Part shown: positions 1 to 9,085 of the stretch, piece by piece
Layout: each line of letters opens with the position of its first letter
Position numbering within the stretch: the stretch's first letter is position 1
Assembly (NCBI GenBank): GCA_963707025.1
Contig: CAVPOM010000007.1
Location: 416,001-480,000, forward strand
DNA length: 64,000 nucleotides
From: an uncultured Verrucomicrobiae bacterium
GTDB lineage: Bacteria > Verrucomicrobiota > Verrucomicrobiia > Limisphaerales > Palsa-1400
Direction: 5' to 3'
Program-made: the position numbers and the translations under genes
The notes under the pieces: generated by a model
What the model saw: only the letters and a program-made list of their open reading frames with translations
Database searches by the model: none
What the model was told of the DNA's origin: nothing

Positions 1-139
1 GGAAGGCGGCCCGATGAATGAGTTCGGAGAGCCGAATATGGGAAATCCGTCCGTTCGGTTCGATGAGGGGCGAAGTGGCAGCGCGAGACTGACAACTGCG
101 GTCAGTTCAATCCGCCTCCTTCCACTTCGCCTACTCTAC
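1..139 (+). mobile_element. Group II intron 3' end (domains V and VI); rest of intron lies upstream of the window
   Basis: Domain V at 29-61 (GAGCCGAATATGGGAAATCCGTCCGTTCGGTTC) with AGC catalytic triad. Domain VI stem GGGGCGAAGTGG...CCACTTCGCCT with bulged A at 133. Terminal AC at 138-139. Confidence 0.88.
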
Positions 140-444
140 CACATTTTGAACCTTGACCACCTTGACCATGAGCACCCACCTCGTCCTGTTCCCTCCGGCA
201 TCCGAGGTTCAGGTTTTTTGGTTGGGTCTGTGCCGTGCTGCGCCTTTTTGCGAAAATTCAATCCAAGTGCCTGTCTATGAATTATTTGCATCCAAAACCG
301 GCCTTTTCCAATCGGCCCAATCGTGTCTAATCGTGCTATTATTCTGAACCACCATGCCCATCACTCCATCACGCCGCCACTCCGCCCGGAGTTCCGGCTT
401 CATTCCCGCTTGGTCAACGGGGGGGAATTTGCTATTCTGACGTT

Positions 445-1836
445 GTGAGTGGTCACGATCTATTTTCCGCCGCGCCGGGGCCAAAGAGGGGCGAGTCCGC
501 CGGGGCCAACCCGGATTTCCCGGAGCGCCAGCCCTTGGCGGCCCGGATGCGTCCGCGCAATCTGGACGAGTTGGCGGGGCAAAAGCACATTCTCTCCCCC
601 GGCATGCTGCTGCGGCGGGCCATCGAGGCGGACCGGATTCAATCGCTGATTTTCTACGGGCCGCCCGGGACGGGGAAGACGTCCCTGGCGCAGATCATTG
701 CGCGGCAGACGCGGAGCAAGTTCGAGCGGCTCAGCGGGGTGGAATCCAACGTGGCCGACATGCGGCGCGTGCTGGCCGGCGCGGCCAACCGCCTGGAAAA
801 CACGGGGCAGTCCACCATTCTTTTCATTGATGAAATCCACCGCTTCAACAAGGGGCAGCAGGATGTTTTGCTGCCGGACGTGGAGAGCGGCGTGGTGCGG
901 CTGATCGGGGCGACCACGCACAACCCGTTTTTTTTCATCAACTCGCCGCTGGTGTCCCGCTCGCAGATCTTTGAACTGGAGCCGCTGGGTGAGGAGGATC
1001 TGCTGGAGTTGTTGCGCCGGGCGCTGGCCGACGCGGAACGCGGCCTGGGCCACCTCAAAATCCGCGCGGAGGAGGAGGCGCTGCGGCACCTGGCCAAAAT
1101 CGCCGACGGCGACGCGCGCAAGGGGCTGAATTCGCTGGAAATTGCCGCCCTCACCACCGTGCCCCAGGCGGACGGCGTCATCCATATTGATCTGGCGGTG
1201 GCCGAAGCCTGCATCCAGAAAAAAGCCGTCGTTTATGACGGCGACGGGGACGCGCATTACGACACGATTTCCGCGTTCATCAAATCCATGCGCGGGGGCG
1301 ATGCGGACGCGGCGCTGTATTGGCTGGCGAAAATGATCCACGCGGGGGAGGACCCGCGGTTTATCACGCGGCGCATTCTAATTTGCGCGGCGGAGGACGT
1401 GGGGCTGGCGGACCCGATGGCGCTGGTGCTGGCGGTGGCGGCGCAGGCGGCGGCCGAATTTACCGGCTGGCCGGAAGCGCGCATCCCCATCGCGGAGGCC
1501 ACGGTTTATATTGCCACGGCGAGCAAGAGCAACAGCGCGTGCGTGGCCATTGACAAGGCGCTGGAAGATGTCCGCACCGGGCGGACGCTGGCGGTGCCGG
1601 CGCCTTTGCGGGACGCCAGTTACGCCGGCGCCCAGCGGCTGGGGCACGGGCAGGATTACCAATACGCCCATGATTTTCCCGGCCACTTCGTGGCGCAGGA
1701 TTATCTGGGGGCGGCCCGAAGATATTACGAGCCGACGGAGCAGGGGTCGGAAAAGAAAATCAAGGAGCGCCTGGAAAAATGGCGGAGCCAAATCGAAGCG
1801 TTGCGGCCAAAGGACGCCCCGGCGGCTGAACCATGA
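445..1836 (+). CDS. rarA: Replication-associated recombination protein A (MgsA/RarA AAA+ ATPase)
   Basis: PLAARMRP, Walker A GPPGTGKT, IDEIHRFNK.QQD.LLP, GATT.NP.F, YDTISAFIKSMRG, EDVGLADP motifs. Confidence 0.96.
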   Translation: MSGHDLFSAAPGPKRGESAGANPDFPERQPLAARMRPRNLDELAGQKHILSPGMLLRRAIEADRIQSLIFYGPPGTGKTSLAQIIARQTRSKFERLSGVESNVADMRRVLAGAANRLENTGQSTILFIDEIHRFNKGQQDVLLPDVESGVVRLIGATTHNPFFFINSPLVSRSQIFELEPLGEEDLLELLRRALADAERGLGHLKIRAEEEALRHLAKIADGDARKGLNSLEIAALTTVPQADGVIHIDLAVAEACIQKKAVVYDGDGDAHYDTISAFIKSMRGGDADAALYWLAKMIHAGEDPRFITRRILICAAEDVGLADPMALVLAVAAQAAAEFTGWPEARIPIAEATVYIATASKSNSACVAIDKALEDVRTGRTLAVPAPLRDASYAGAQRLGHGQDYQYAHDFPGHFVAQDYLGAARRYYEPTEQGSEKKIKERLEKWRSQIEALRPKDAPAAEP

Positions 1837-1916
1837 ACTGCCTGACCCAGATATTTCATACCGGCTGCCCGATGCGGCGGCCAGGGGACTGCCCGCCCTA
1901 CCCGGCTGAAGAATGA
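1833..1916 (+). CDS. Putative 27-aa micro-ORF MNCLTQIFHTGCPMRRPGDCPPYPAEE
   Basis: Open frame filling the whole rarA-ygfA gap, with ATGA overlaps at both ends. No homology known to me. Confidence 0.3.
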   Translation: MNCLTQIFHTGCPMRRPGDCPPYPAEE

Positions 1917-2513
1917 ACAACGAAAGCGCGACAATCAAATCCGGCCTTCGCGAGCGGTTGCGCGTGCGGCTCAGGGACGTGCCGGCCGCGCAGCGGGCGC
2001 TGGATTCGGCCCAGGCCCGCGCCCTGCTGGCGCGGCAGCGCGTGTGGCAGGAGGCCAAAGCGGTTCTTTTTTACGCGCCGCTGCCCGATGAAATTGATTT
2101 GCTGCCGTTGCTGGAGCGGGCGCTGGCGGAGGGCAGGACGGTGGCCCTGCCGCGATTTTTCGCGGAAAGCGGGGCCTACGGAGCTTGTCAAGTTGAAAAT
2201 TTTGCGCGGGACTGCGCGCCGGGCAAATTCGGGGTGCCCAGCAGCCGGCCGCTGCCCCCTTTTCCCGTTGAACCGTCTGGACTTGACGCTGGTTCCTGGA
2301 GTAGGCTTTGACGCGGCTGGACACCGGCTGGGCCGGGGCAGGGGCTATTATGACCGCATCCTGGCCGAGGTGGCCGGGAGGCGATGCGGGGTCGCGTTTG
2401 ATGAACAAATGGCCGACCAGATTCCGGCGGAGCCGCACGACATGGCTTTGAACTGCGTTTTAACGCCAACACGATGGGTGGAGATTCCGGGGCCGCGACC
2501 GATTTTGCCATGA
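1913..2513 (+). CDS. ygfA: 5-formyltetrahydrofolate cyclo-ligase, split by a frameshift near 2240
   Basis: N-half K..LR..LR...YAPLPDEIDL..VALPR in ORF 1913-2311. C-half LDLTLVPGVGFD..GHRLGRGRGYYDR..EPHD in ORF 2088-2513. Confidence 0.92.
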
Positions 2514-4030
2514 ACCAACTTGAACTTGTTTATTCCGGCGCGATCATTTTTGTGGCCGGCGTTGTTTTGGGTTATTGGATCTGGCGCCTGCGGGAACGAA
2601 GCATTTTGGCGGCGGCGGGCCGGGAGAAAATGACGCTGCTCGAAACGGCCCGGCGCGAAGGCGAGGCCATCGTGCGCGACGCGCGCCTGGCGGCCAATGA
2701 AGAGGCGCTGAAGTTGCGCTCGGCGACCGAACAGCGCCTCAACGAGCGCGAGGCCCTGGTCAACGGCCAGTTGGAAAATTTGGTGCGGGAGGAAAAAAGT
2801 CTGCGCGCGCAAAGAGAGGAACTGGCAGGCAAACTGGGGGAAGCGCAGCGGATGCAGAAGGAATCCGCGGAGCTGGCGCGGCAGCGGCGCGAACAACTGG
2901 CCGCCGTGTCGAAATTGAGCGAGGCGGAGGCGCGGGCGGCCTATTTGCAGGAAGTGGAGGGGAGCAGCCTGCGGGACGCGGCGCAGATGTCGCAGCACAT
3001 CCTGGAGGAGGCCAGGGCGCAGGCGGAGGAGAAGGCGCGCCGGATTATCAGCGTGGCCATTCAGCGTTACGCCGGCAACCACACTTTTGAAACCTCCACC
3101 GCCACGGTCAATATCAAGGGGGATGAAATGAAGGGCCGGATTATCGGACGGGAAGGCCGGAACATCCGCGCCTTCGAGTCGGCCACCGGGGTGACGGTGC
3201 TGATTGACGACACGCCGGGGGCGGTGGTGCTTTCGGGCTTTGATCCGGTGCGTCGGGAAATCGCGCGCGAGGCCATGGAGCGGCTCATCCTGGACGGGCG
3301 GATTCATCCGGCGCGCATTGAGGAAGTCGTGGGCAAAGTCACCGAGGAAATTGACGACGTGATCGTGCGGACAGGCCAGGAGGCGGTGATGAAACTGGGG
3401 CTGGCGCCCATGCATGTGGAGATTGTCAAGCTGCTGGGCCGGCTCCATTTCCGGCACAGTTTTTCGCAGAATATTTTGAATCACTCCATTGAGGTCGCGC
3501 AATTGATGGGCTTGCTGGCGGCGGAATTGGGCCTGGACGTGGCGGCGGCGCGGCGGGCCGGGTTGTTGCATGACATCGGCAAGGCGGTGAGCCACGAGGT
3601 GGAGGGGTCGCACGCGCTGGTGGGGGCGGAGATCATCCGGCGTTACGGCGAAGCGGAGGCGATTGTCAACGCCGTGGCCTCCCATCATGGCGAGGCGCCG
3701 GGCACCGGTGTGCTGGGGATTCTGGTCAGCGCGGCCGACGCCATCAGCGCCTCCCGGCCCGGGGCCAGGTCGGAAACTGTGCTGACCTACATCAAGCGGG
3801 TGGAGGATCTGGAGCGAATCGGCCTGTCTTTTCCCGGGGTGGAAAAATGTTTTGCCCTGCAGGCGGGGCGCGAATTGCGCGTCATGGTCCAGCCGGGGGA
3901 AGTGAGCGATGAAGAGGCCTTCCTGCTGGCCCGGAACATCGCCCGGAAAGTCGAGGACGACCTGCAATATCCCGGCCAAATTCGCGTGACCATCGTGCGG
4001 GAGACCCGCTGCGTGGAGTTCGCCAAATAG
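2510..4030 (+). CDS. rny: Ribonuclease Y
   Basis: N-terminal TM helix, coiled coil, KH domain MKGRIIGREGRNIR, HD domain LLHDIGK, ADAISASRPGAR. ATG at 2510 overlaps the ygfA stop. Confidence 0.97.
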   Translation: MNQLELVYSGAIIFVAGVVLGYWIWRLRERSILAAAGREKMTLLETARREGEAIVRDARLAANEEALKLRSATEQRLNEREALVNGQLENLVREEKSLRAQREELAGKLGEAQRMQKESAELARQRREQLAAVSKLSEAEARAAYLQEVEGSSLRDAAQMSQHILEEARAQAEEKARRIISVAIQRYAGNHTFETSTATVNIKGDEMKGRIIGREGRNIRAFESATGVTVLIDDTPGAVVLSGFDPVRREIAREAMERLILDGRIHPARIEEVVGKVTEEIDDVIVRTGQEAVMKLGLAPMHVEIVKLLGRLHFRHSFSQNILNHSIEVAQLMGLLAAELGLDVAAARRAGLLHDIGKAVSHEVEGSHALVGAEIIRRYGEAEAIVNAVASHHGEAPGTGVLGILVSAADAISASRPGARSETVLTYIKRVEDLERIGLSFPGVEKCFALQAGRELRVMVQPGEVSDEEAFLLARNIARKVEDDLQYPGQIRVTIVRETRCVEFAK

Positions 4031-4040
4031 CCGCGGCGGA

Positions 4041-4199
4041 TCAGCGGCCTTGATTCAGGCCGGAGGGCAGCGACCCTTCCCAGTTCTGCGGAGGGAGCCA
4101 CGGCTTGGGGTCGGGATCGGCCGTGACGCAACCCAAGAGCAGGCCGGTCGCGCCGGCGAGGAGCAAGGCGAACGAAACTATGCGCAGGATGTTTTTCAC
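4041..4199 (-). CDS. Small lipoprotein, 52 aa (paralog copy 2), absent from the ORF track
   Basis: GTG start gives MKNILRIVSFALLLAGATGLLLGCVTADPDPKPWLPPQNWEGSLPSGLNQGR*. Lipobox-like LLGC. Clear paralog of 4271-4438. Confidence 0.75.
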   Translation of the reverse strand: MKNILRIVSFALLLAGATGLLLGCVTADPDPKPWLPPQNWEGSLPSGLNQGR

Positions 4200-4270
4200 C
4201 AATAAAACGCGTCGTCCCCTTCCAGGACTTCATCATGGCGCCAAGCCGGCAGGACAGTCGCCGCCACGGC

Positions 4271-4438
4271 TTAACGGCCTTGATTCATGTTGGAGGGCAT
4301 CGGCCCTTCCCAGCTCTGCGGCGTGTTCCACGGCTTGGTGTCAATATTGTCGGGATCGTCCGTGGCGCAACCCGCCAAGAGGCCGGTCACGCCGGCCAGG
4401 AGCAGGGCCAATAAGATGGTGCGCAGGATGTTTTTCAT
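4271..4438 (-). CDS. Small lipoprotein, 55 aa (paralog copy 1)
   Basis: MKNILRTILLALLLAGVTGLLAGCATDDPDNIDTKPWNTPQSWEGPMPSNMNQGR. Lipobox LAGC. Starts 4 nt after the upstream gene stop. Confidence 0.8.
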   Translation of the reverse strand: MKNILRTILLALLLAGVTGLLAGCATDDPDNIDTKPWNTPQSWEGPMPSNMNQGR

Positions 4439-4442
4439 TAAA

Positions 4443-5195
4443 TCAATCCAGGACTTGGTCGCCTTCCATGACCTCGCCGCGGCGCCAGGCGGGGAGGATG
4501 TTGGCGATGCTCTCGGTCTTGTCCACCCGGTCAATTTGGACTTTGCCAATGAGCCGGCCGTCGCGGGCGACCATCATGATGCCGTGGGCCAGCACGCCCT
4601 TGTCCTTGCCAATATTCAAAACCACAAAATCGTACTTGGGGTCCACGGCCACGACATTGCCTTTCAGGCCCAGAGGCTCTGCCACGACTTCATTGGTCCC
4701 TCTGAGCCGGTCCAATTGTTCCTGCAAGTCGTCCCGGTTGGCGAGGAGGAGCTTGTTCTCCGCGGTGACGCCGGCGATCTCCACCTTGGTTTTCTTCAAA
4801 TCGGCCTGGATGCCGATGACCTGCTCCGGGGTCAGGTGCAATTGCTCCCACTTGGCCAGTTCGGCCTGGTATCCATCCCGTTTGTCCTCGGCGCTCTTCA
4901 ACTTGACAGTCAGGTCGCTGTTTTTCTTGTTGAGCTCCCCGATTTTGCCGTTGGCGGCGTCCAACTCGCCCTTGGTTTGGGTGAGAGCGCGGGTGGTGGT
5001 GGCCAGAGTGGCTTTGGTGTCGGCCAGGGTCTTTTTGGTGCTGGCAAGCTCCTTTTCCGCCGCTTCTCTATGCGTCTTTTGGTCCTCTCGTTCCGCGATG
5101 GTGGTCTCGATGGCCTTCTTGACCATGACAAAATTCACGGCCACAACGCCGCCGCCGGCGAGAATGGCAATAATCAGGCAAATTCGTAATAGCAT
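4443..5195 (-). CDS. Membrane-anchored coiled-coil protein with C-terminal beta domain (hypothetical)
   Basis: N-terminal hydrophobic helix, long heptad-rich segment, C-terminal GNVVAVDPKYDFVVLNIG.DKGV beta domain. Confidence 0.8.
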   Translation of the reverse strand: MLLRICLIIAILAGGGVVAVNFVMVKKAIETTIAEREDQKTHREAAEKELASTKKTLADTKATLATTTRALTQTKGELDAANGKIGELNKKNSDLTVKLKSAEDKRDGYQAELAKWEQLHLTPEQVIGIQADLKKTKVEIAGVTAENKLLLANRDDLQEQLDRLRGTNEVVAEPLGLKGNVVAVDPKYDFVVLNIGKDKGVLAHGIMMVARDGRLIGKVQIDRVDKTESIANILPAWRRGEVMEGDQVLD

Positions 5196-5400
5196 TGGAT
5201 TTAAAACCTTTAATTTTCAGGGCAATTTAACCGTTTGGGCCGGTCTTGTCAACGGTTTCGTTGACCAAAAATCGTCCGGGAGGCGGACGGGGCGGACGGA
5301 GCCGGGCGGGCCTGCAAGGGTGGCGTTTGTCCAGGGAGATTTCAAAATTTTGCACAGGGCGACCCGTCTCAATCCGCCATCGGCAATCCGCAACGCCTCC

Positions 5401-6570
5401 TCATCCTCTCTTGAATCCCATCACCAGGAGGATCAAGTCGAGCACGAACAGCACCACGATGGTCACTTCCAGGCTGAGCATCCAGCGGTTGATCCGGTCC
5501 TGGTTGAGGAGTTGGTAGAGGTCGTCGAGGGTCTTGAGCTTCTCATCAATGGTGCGGTGCCAGTCGGCCAGATGGAACCGGGCGGAAATGTTCTGGTATA
5601 TGCGGGCCAGATGCCAGTCGCCGAAAAACTTTGTGATGTTGGAAAGCTCGTCGCTGAAGCGGGCCAGATCAATGCGGATTTCACGCAGTTCTTGCAACAC
5701 CTCGCCGCGGGCGCGCCGGGCCGGCCGGGCCAGGTCGCGATAGGAACGCTCCAAGGCGGTGTCGAGCAGCCGGTCGTAAGCCTCCAACTCGGCCAATTGC
5801 AAGTTGGCCAGTTCCAGGACGTAAAGGATTTCGTCCAGTTGATGGGGCTCCTGCACGGCCAGCGCGGCGTCCCAGTCCACCACCGCCAGGTCGTTTTGGT
5901 AGTAGCTCAGATAGCGGTCGGTGGATTCCTTGGCCTCCTGGCGGGAAAGCTGGCCGATGTCGGATTCCTGGGTGAGGAGGGCCGCGACCTGGCGGCGGTG
6001 CTGGGCCAGCCAGTCTTCCGCGCTCAAGGGATGCCCGTCCTCTGCCGCCAGGGGAGAGTCAATGCAAAAAACGGTGTAAGCCTCCTCGTCCGCCAGGCGC
6101 GGGGCGGGGCGGATGAAATAACGGGCCAGTTCCAGGCGGGCTTCCTCGGCCAGTTGCCGGACCTCCTGCTGGAGGGCGCCGTTGGAGAATTCCAGGTCGT
6201 GATACACCACCAAATCCTCAATGGAAGGGACGACAAAGGGGACGGAAACCGTCACGCTCAAGGCCCCCACCGGGAGCAATTTCACGGTGCGCTCCACCCG
6301 CACCGGCCCGTGCGGGCCGATCCGCTCCATCGGCGGCAGGCGGATCATTTGCGGGCGGAAAAAAAACAAGTGGCGCGGACTGCGTTTGCTGGCGTCCACG
6401 GAGAATTGGGCCATGGGCTGGCCGAGCAGTTCATTGACGGGCAGACGTTTCATTTCGTAGGCCACGTCGAAGGCGTAGAGATAGACCACGCGCCCGGAGT
6501 AACGCTTGACCCCGCGCGACGGCTCCGCCGCCCTGGCCGATTCCTGGAGGGATGAACCCATGCGGTACAT
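5401..6570 (-). CDS. RMD1/DUF155-like protein with C-terminal TM helix (start uncertain)
   Basis: YLYAFDVAYE, ELANLQLAEL..YD, KFFGDWHLARIY, ARFHL.DW, C-terminal LEVTIVVLFVLDLIL. Confidence 0.65.
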   Translation of the reverse strand: MYRMGSSLQESARAAEPSRGVKRYSGRVVYLYAFDVAYEMKRLPVNELLGQPMAQFSVDASKRSPRHLFFFRPQMIRLPPMERIGPHGPVRVERTVKLLPVGALSVTVSVPFVVPSIEDLVVYHDLEFSNGALQQEVRQLAEEARLELARYFIRPAPRLADEEAYTVFCIDSPLAAEDGHPLSAEDWLAQHRRQVAALLTQESDIGQLSRQEAKESTDRYLSYYQNDLAVVDWDAALAVQEPHQLDEILYVLELANLQLAELEAYDRLLDTALERSYRDLARPARRARGEVLQELREIRIDLARFSDELSNITKFFGDWHLARIYQNISARFHLADWHRTIDEKLKTLDDLYQLLNQDRINRWMLSLEVTIVVLFVLDLILLVMGFKRG

Positions 6571-6690
6571 TAGCGCGGCGGCCGCCCAATGTCCACGCGG
6601 CCTTGCTGCCAATTCCCGGCATTCATCGTCGTTGCCAGCGGCCCGCGGAAATTGTACGCTGCCATCGGATTAAATTATATTTTGAAAACC

Positions 6691-6978
6691 ATGACACGCC
6701 GGCAAGTTTTGGATCTTTATTTTGTGGAGGCGCGGTCCAAGTTGATTGATGTCGCCTCTTTTCTGGATCGCGCGCAACGGGCGGACGGGGCGGATGATTT
6801 CCGCCTCAAGTCCTTTCGCGCCGCGCTGGGCCAGTTGCGCGCCGGCGGCCCCGACCGCACCCGGCGCGTGCTGCTCAGTTTGAGCGATCCCACCACCAGG
6901 CCCGGCAACGCCGCCGGCAACAAGAGCGCCTGCGGGGCGTGGCCGGGGAAGAAGTCGAAAAGGAAGGAAGCAGAATAG
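6691..6978 (+). CDS. Small hypothetical protein heading the ebo-like operon
   Basis: MTRRQVLDLYFVEARSKLIDVASFLDR...LSLSDPT..A.GAW. AT-rich upstream region. Co-oriented with the TatD gene. Confidence 0.7.
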   Translation: MTRRQVLDLYFVEARSKLIDVASFLDRAQRADGADDFRLKSFRAALGQLRAGGPDRTRRVLLSLSDPTTRPGNAAGNKSACGAWPGKKSKRKEAE

Positions 6979-7053
6979 AGAATGGAATGAGATTAAGCTT
7001 TGACGCAATCGCACCTTCCCAATCCGCAATCCGCAATCCGAATTTAAAAAATC

Positions 7054-7863
7054 ATGCGCTTCATTGAACCTCATGCCCACATGGTCAGCCGGACGACGGA
7101 CGATTATTTGTCGCTGGCCACGGCGGGTTGCGAGGCGGTTTGCGAGCCGGCGTTTTGGGCGGGGTTTGATCGCGGGTCGGTCGAGGGTTTTCACGATTAT
7201 TTTTGCCAGTTGACCGAACACGAGCCGCGGCGCGCGGCCAAATTCGGCCTGCCTCATTTCGCCTGGCTCTGCTTCAATCCCAAGGAGTCGGAGGATTTGA
7301 AGCTGGCGGCGGAGGTCATAGAAATAATTCCCAAGTTTCTGGATCGTCCCAATGTCCTGGGCATCGGCGAGATCGGGTTGAACCGCAACAGCCGCCACGA
7401 ATTGAAGGTGTTCGAGCAGCAGGTGGATTTGGCGGCCCGTTGCCAGCAACTCATCCTGGTTCACACCCCGCATCTGGAAGACAAGCTCAAGGGCACGCGG
7501 CTGATTATTGACGCGCTCAAAAGCGACCGGCGCATCAATCCGGCGCGGGTCATCATTGATCACGTGGAGGAACACACCATCGCGCTGGCGCTGGAGGCCG
7601 GCTTCTGGGCCGGGATGACGCTTTACCCGGAATCCAAATGCACGGCGGCGCGGGCCATTGACATGATCGAAACTTACGGGGCGGAGCGGCTCTGGATGAA
7701 CAGCGCGTGCGACTGGGGCGTAAGCGTGCCGCTGGCCGTGCCGCGCGCCGCGCTGGAAATGCGGCGGCGCGGCCACAGCGCCGCGGCGGTGGACCGGATG
7801 TTGCACGGCAACCCGGCGCAATTCCTCGGCCAATCGCCCAAATTCAAATGGGCGGCGGATTAA
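7054..7863 (+). CDS. eboB: TatD-family hydrolase (EboB-like)
   Basis: PHAHMVSRTTDDY, IGEIGL, VHTPH.EDK, IDHVEE, NSACDWG. Adjacent to eboE. Confidence 0.85.
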   Translation: MRFIEPHAHMVSRTTDDYLSLATAGCEAVCEPAFWAGFDRGSVEGFHDYFCQLTEHEPRRAAKFGLPHFAWLCFNPKESEDLKLAAEVIEIIPKFLDRPNVLGIGEIGLNRNSRHELKVFEQQVDLAARCQQLILVHTPHLEDKLKGTRLIIDALKSDRRINPARVIIDHVEEHTIALALEAGFWAGMTLYPESKCTAARAIDMIETYGAERLWMNSACDWGVSVPLAVPRAALEMRRRGHSAAAVDRMLHGNPAQFLGQSPKFKWAAD

Positions 7864-7881
7864 AAACCTCAACCGTATCCA

Positions 7882-9072
7882 ATGCTCCTTCCCCGCGGCC
7901 ATCATCTCGCTTACTGCACGAACATTCATCCGGCTGAAACCTGGCCGGAAACGCTGGCCGCCCTGGAGCAATACACCCTGGAGGTGCGCGCGCGCGTCAG
8001 CCCGGACCGGCCCTTTGCCATCGGGCTGCGCCTGAGCGATCAGGCGTCGCGGCAATTGAGCGAGCCGTCCGAACTGCTGCATTTTCGGCGCTGGCTGGAG
8101 CGGCATGATTGCTACGTTTTCACCGTCAATGGATTTGCCTTCGGCCGGTTTCACGGGGAGCGGGTCAAGGAGCGGGTCTATTTGCCCGACTGGACATCGC
8201 CGGAGCGGCTGGCATATACCAACCGGTTGTTCGACCTGCTGGCCCAATTGCTGCCGGAAGGGGTGGCCGGGAGCGTCAGCACCCTGCCGGGTTCGTCCAA
8301 GGAATTCATCACCACACCCGGCCAACTCGCCGTCATTCGCGGCCATCTTCACGCCTGCGTCAAACACGTTTCCGACCGGGCCGCCCGCGCGGGTCGCGAG
8401 CTGCATCTGGGATTGGAGCCGGAGCCGCTGGGCCTGCTGGAAACCACGCGCGAAACGGTTGATTTCCTGGACCGCCTGCGCGAGGAACATCCCGGCGATG
8501 CGCGCCTGGAGGAGTTTCTGGGGGTCACCTACGACACCTGCCATCTGGCGGTGGAATTTGAGGAGCCGGCGGAGGCGCTGGCCCTGTTGCAACGCCACCG
8601 GGTGAAGATTAGCAAGATTCATTTAAGCAACGCGCTGAAATTGCGGATGTTCCCGATCAATCGGGCCGGATTGTTTTTAGCCCGATTGGCCTCCTTTGCC
8701 GACGACACCTATCTGCATCAAGTGGTGGCCAGGGATCTCGCAGGGCAATTGACCCGTTACCGTGATCTGGATGGATTCTTGAATGCGCAATCCCCTTCGT
8801 CCACCGTGGTTGCAACGATGAAGGAAGCCCGGGTTCATTTCCACCTGCCGCTGCACACGCCGCCGGGTGAATGGTTCGACACCACCTCCGATCATCTGCT
8901 GGGCGTGCTGGATGGCTTGCAAGTCAACCCGGATCTGTGTTCGCATTTGGAGATGGAAACCTACACCTGGGGGGTATTGCCGCCGGCCTTGAAAAGCCGG
9001 AGCGTGGTGGACCAATTGGCGGCGGAATATGAATGGTGTTTGCGCGGGCTGCGGGGGCGCGGCCTGGCGTGA
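7882..9072 (+). CDS. eboE: Metabolite traffic protein EboE (TIM barrel)
   Basis: HLAYCTNIHPAE.W, FH..VKE.VY.PDW, LEPEP, YDTCHLAVEFE, YLHQV, RVHFH.PL, HLE.ETYTW.VLP. Confidence 0.92.
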   Translation: MLLPRGHHLAYCTNIHPAETWPETLAALEQYTLEVRARVSPDRPFAIGLRLSDQASRQLSEPSELLHFRRWLERHDCYVFTVNGFAFGRFHGERVKERVYLPDWTSPERLAYTNRLFDLLAQLLPEGVAGSVSTLPGSSKEFITTPGQLAVIRGHLHACVKHVSDRAARAGRELHLGLEPEPLGLLETTRETVDFLDRLREEHPGDARLEEFLGVTYDTCHLAVEFEEPAEALALLQRHRVKISKIHLSNALKLRMFPINRAGLFLARLASFADDTYLHQVVARDLAGQLTRYRDLDGFLNAQSPSSTVVATMKEARVHFHLPLHTPPGEWFDTTSDHLLGVLDGLQVNPDLCSHLEMETYTWGVLPPALKSRSVVDQLAAEYEWCLRGLRGRGLA

Positions 9073-9085
9073 GCGGCCGCTCCTC

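Noticed and set aside
140..215. Short matches to the 6S RNA 3' half as I recall it (TTGAACC, CGGCATC)
   Set aside because: Matches are too short, and the 5' partner would lie beyond the intron; not supportable without a covariance search
14..280. 88-aa ORF overlapping the window start
   Set aside because: It is a translation of group II intron domains V-VI, not a credible protein
4105..6555. 816-aa plus-strand ORF
   Set aside because: Antisense shadow of real minus-strand genes in high-GC DNA, with no recognisable motifs
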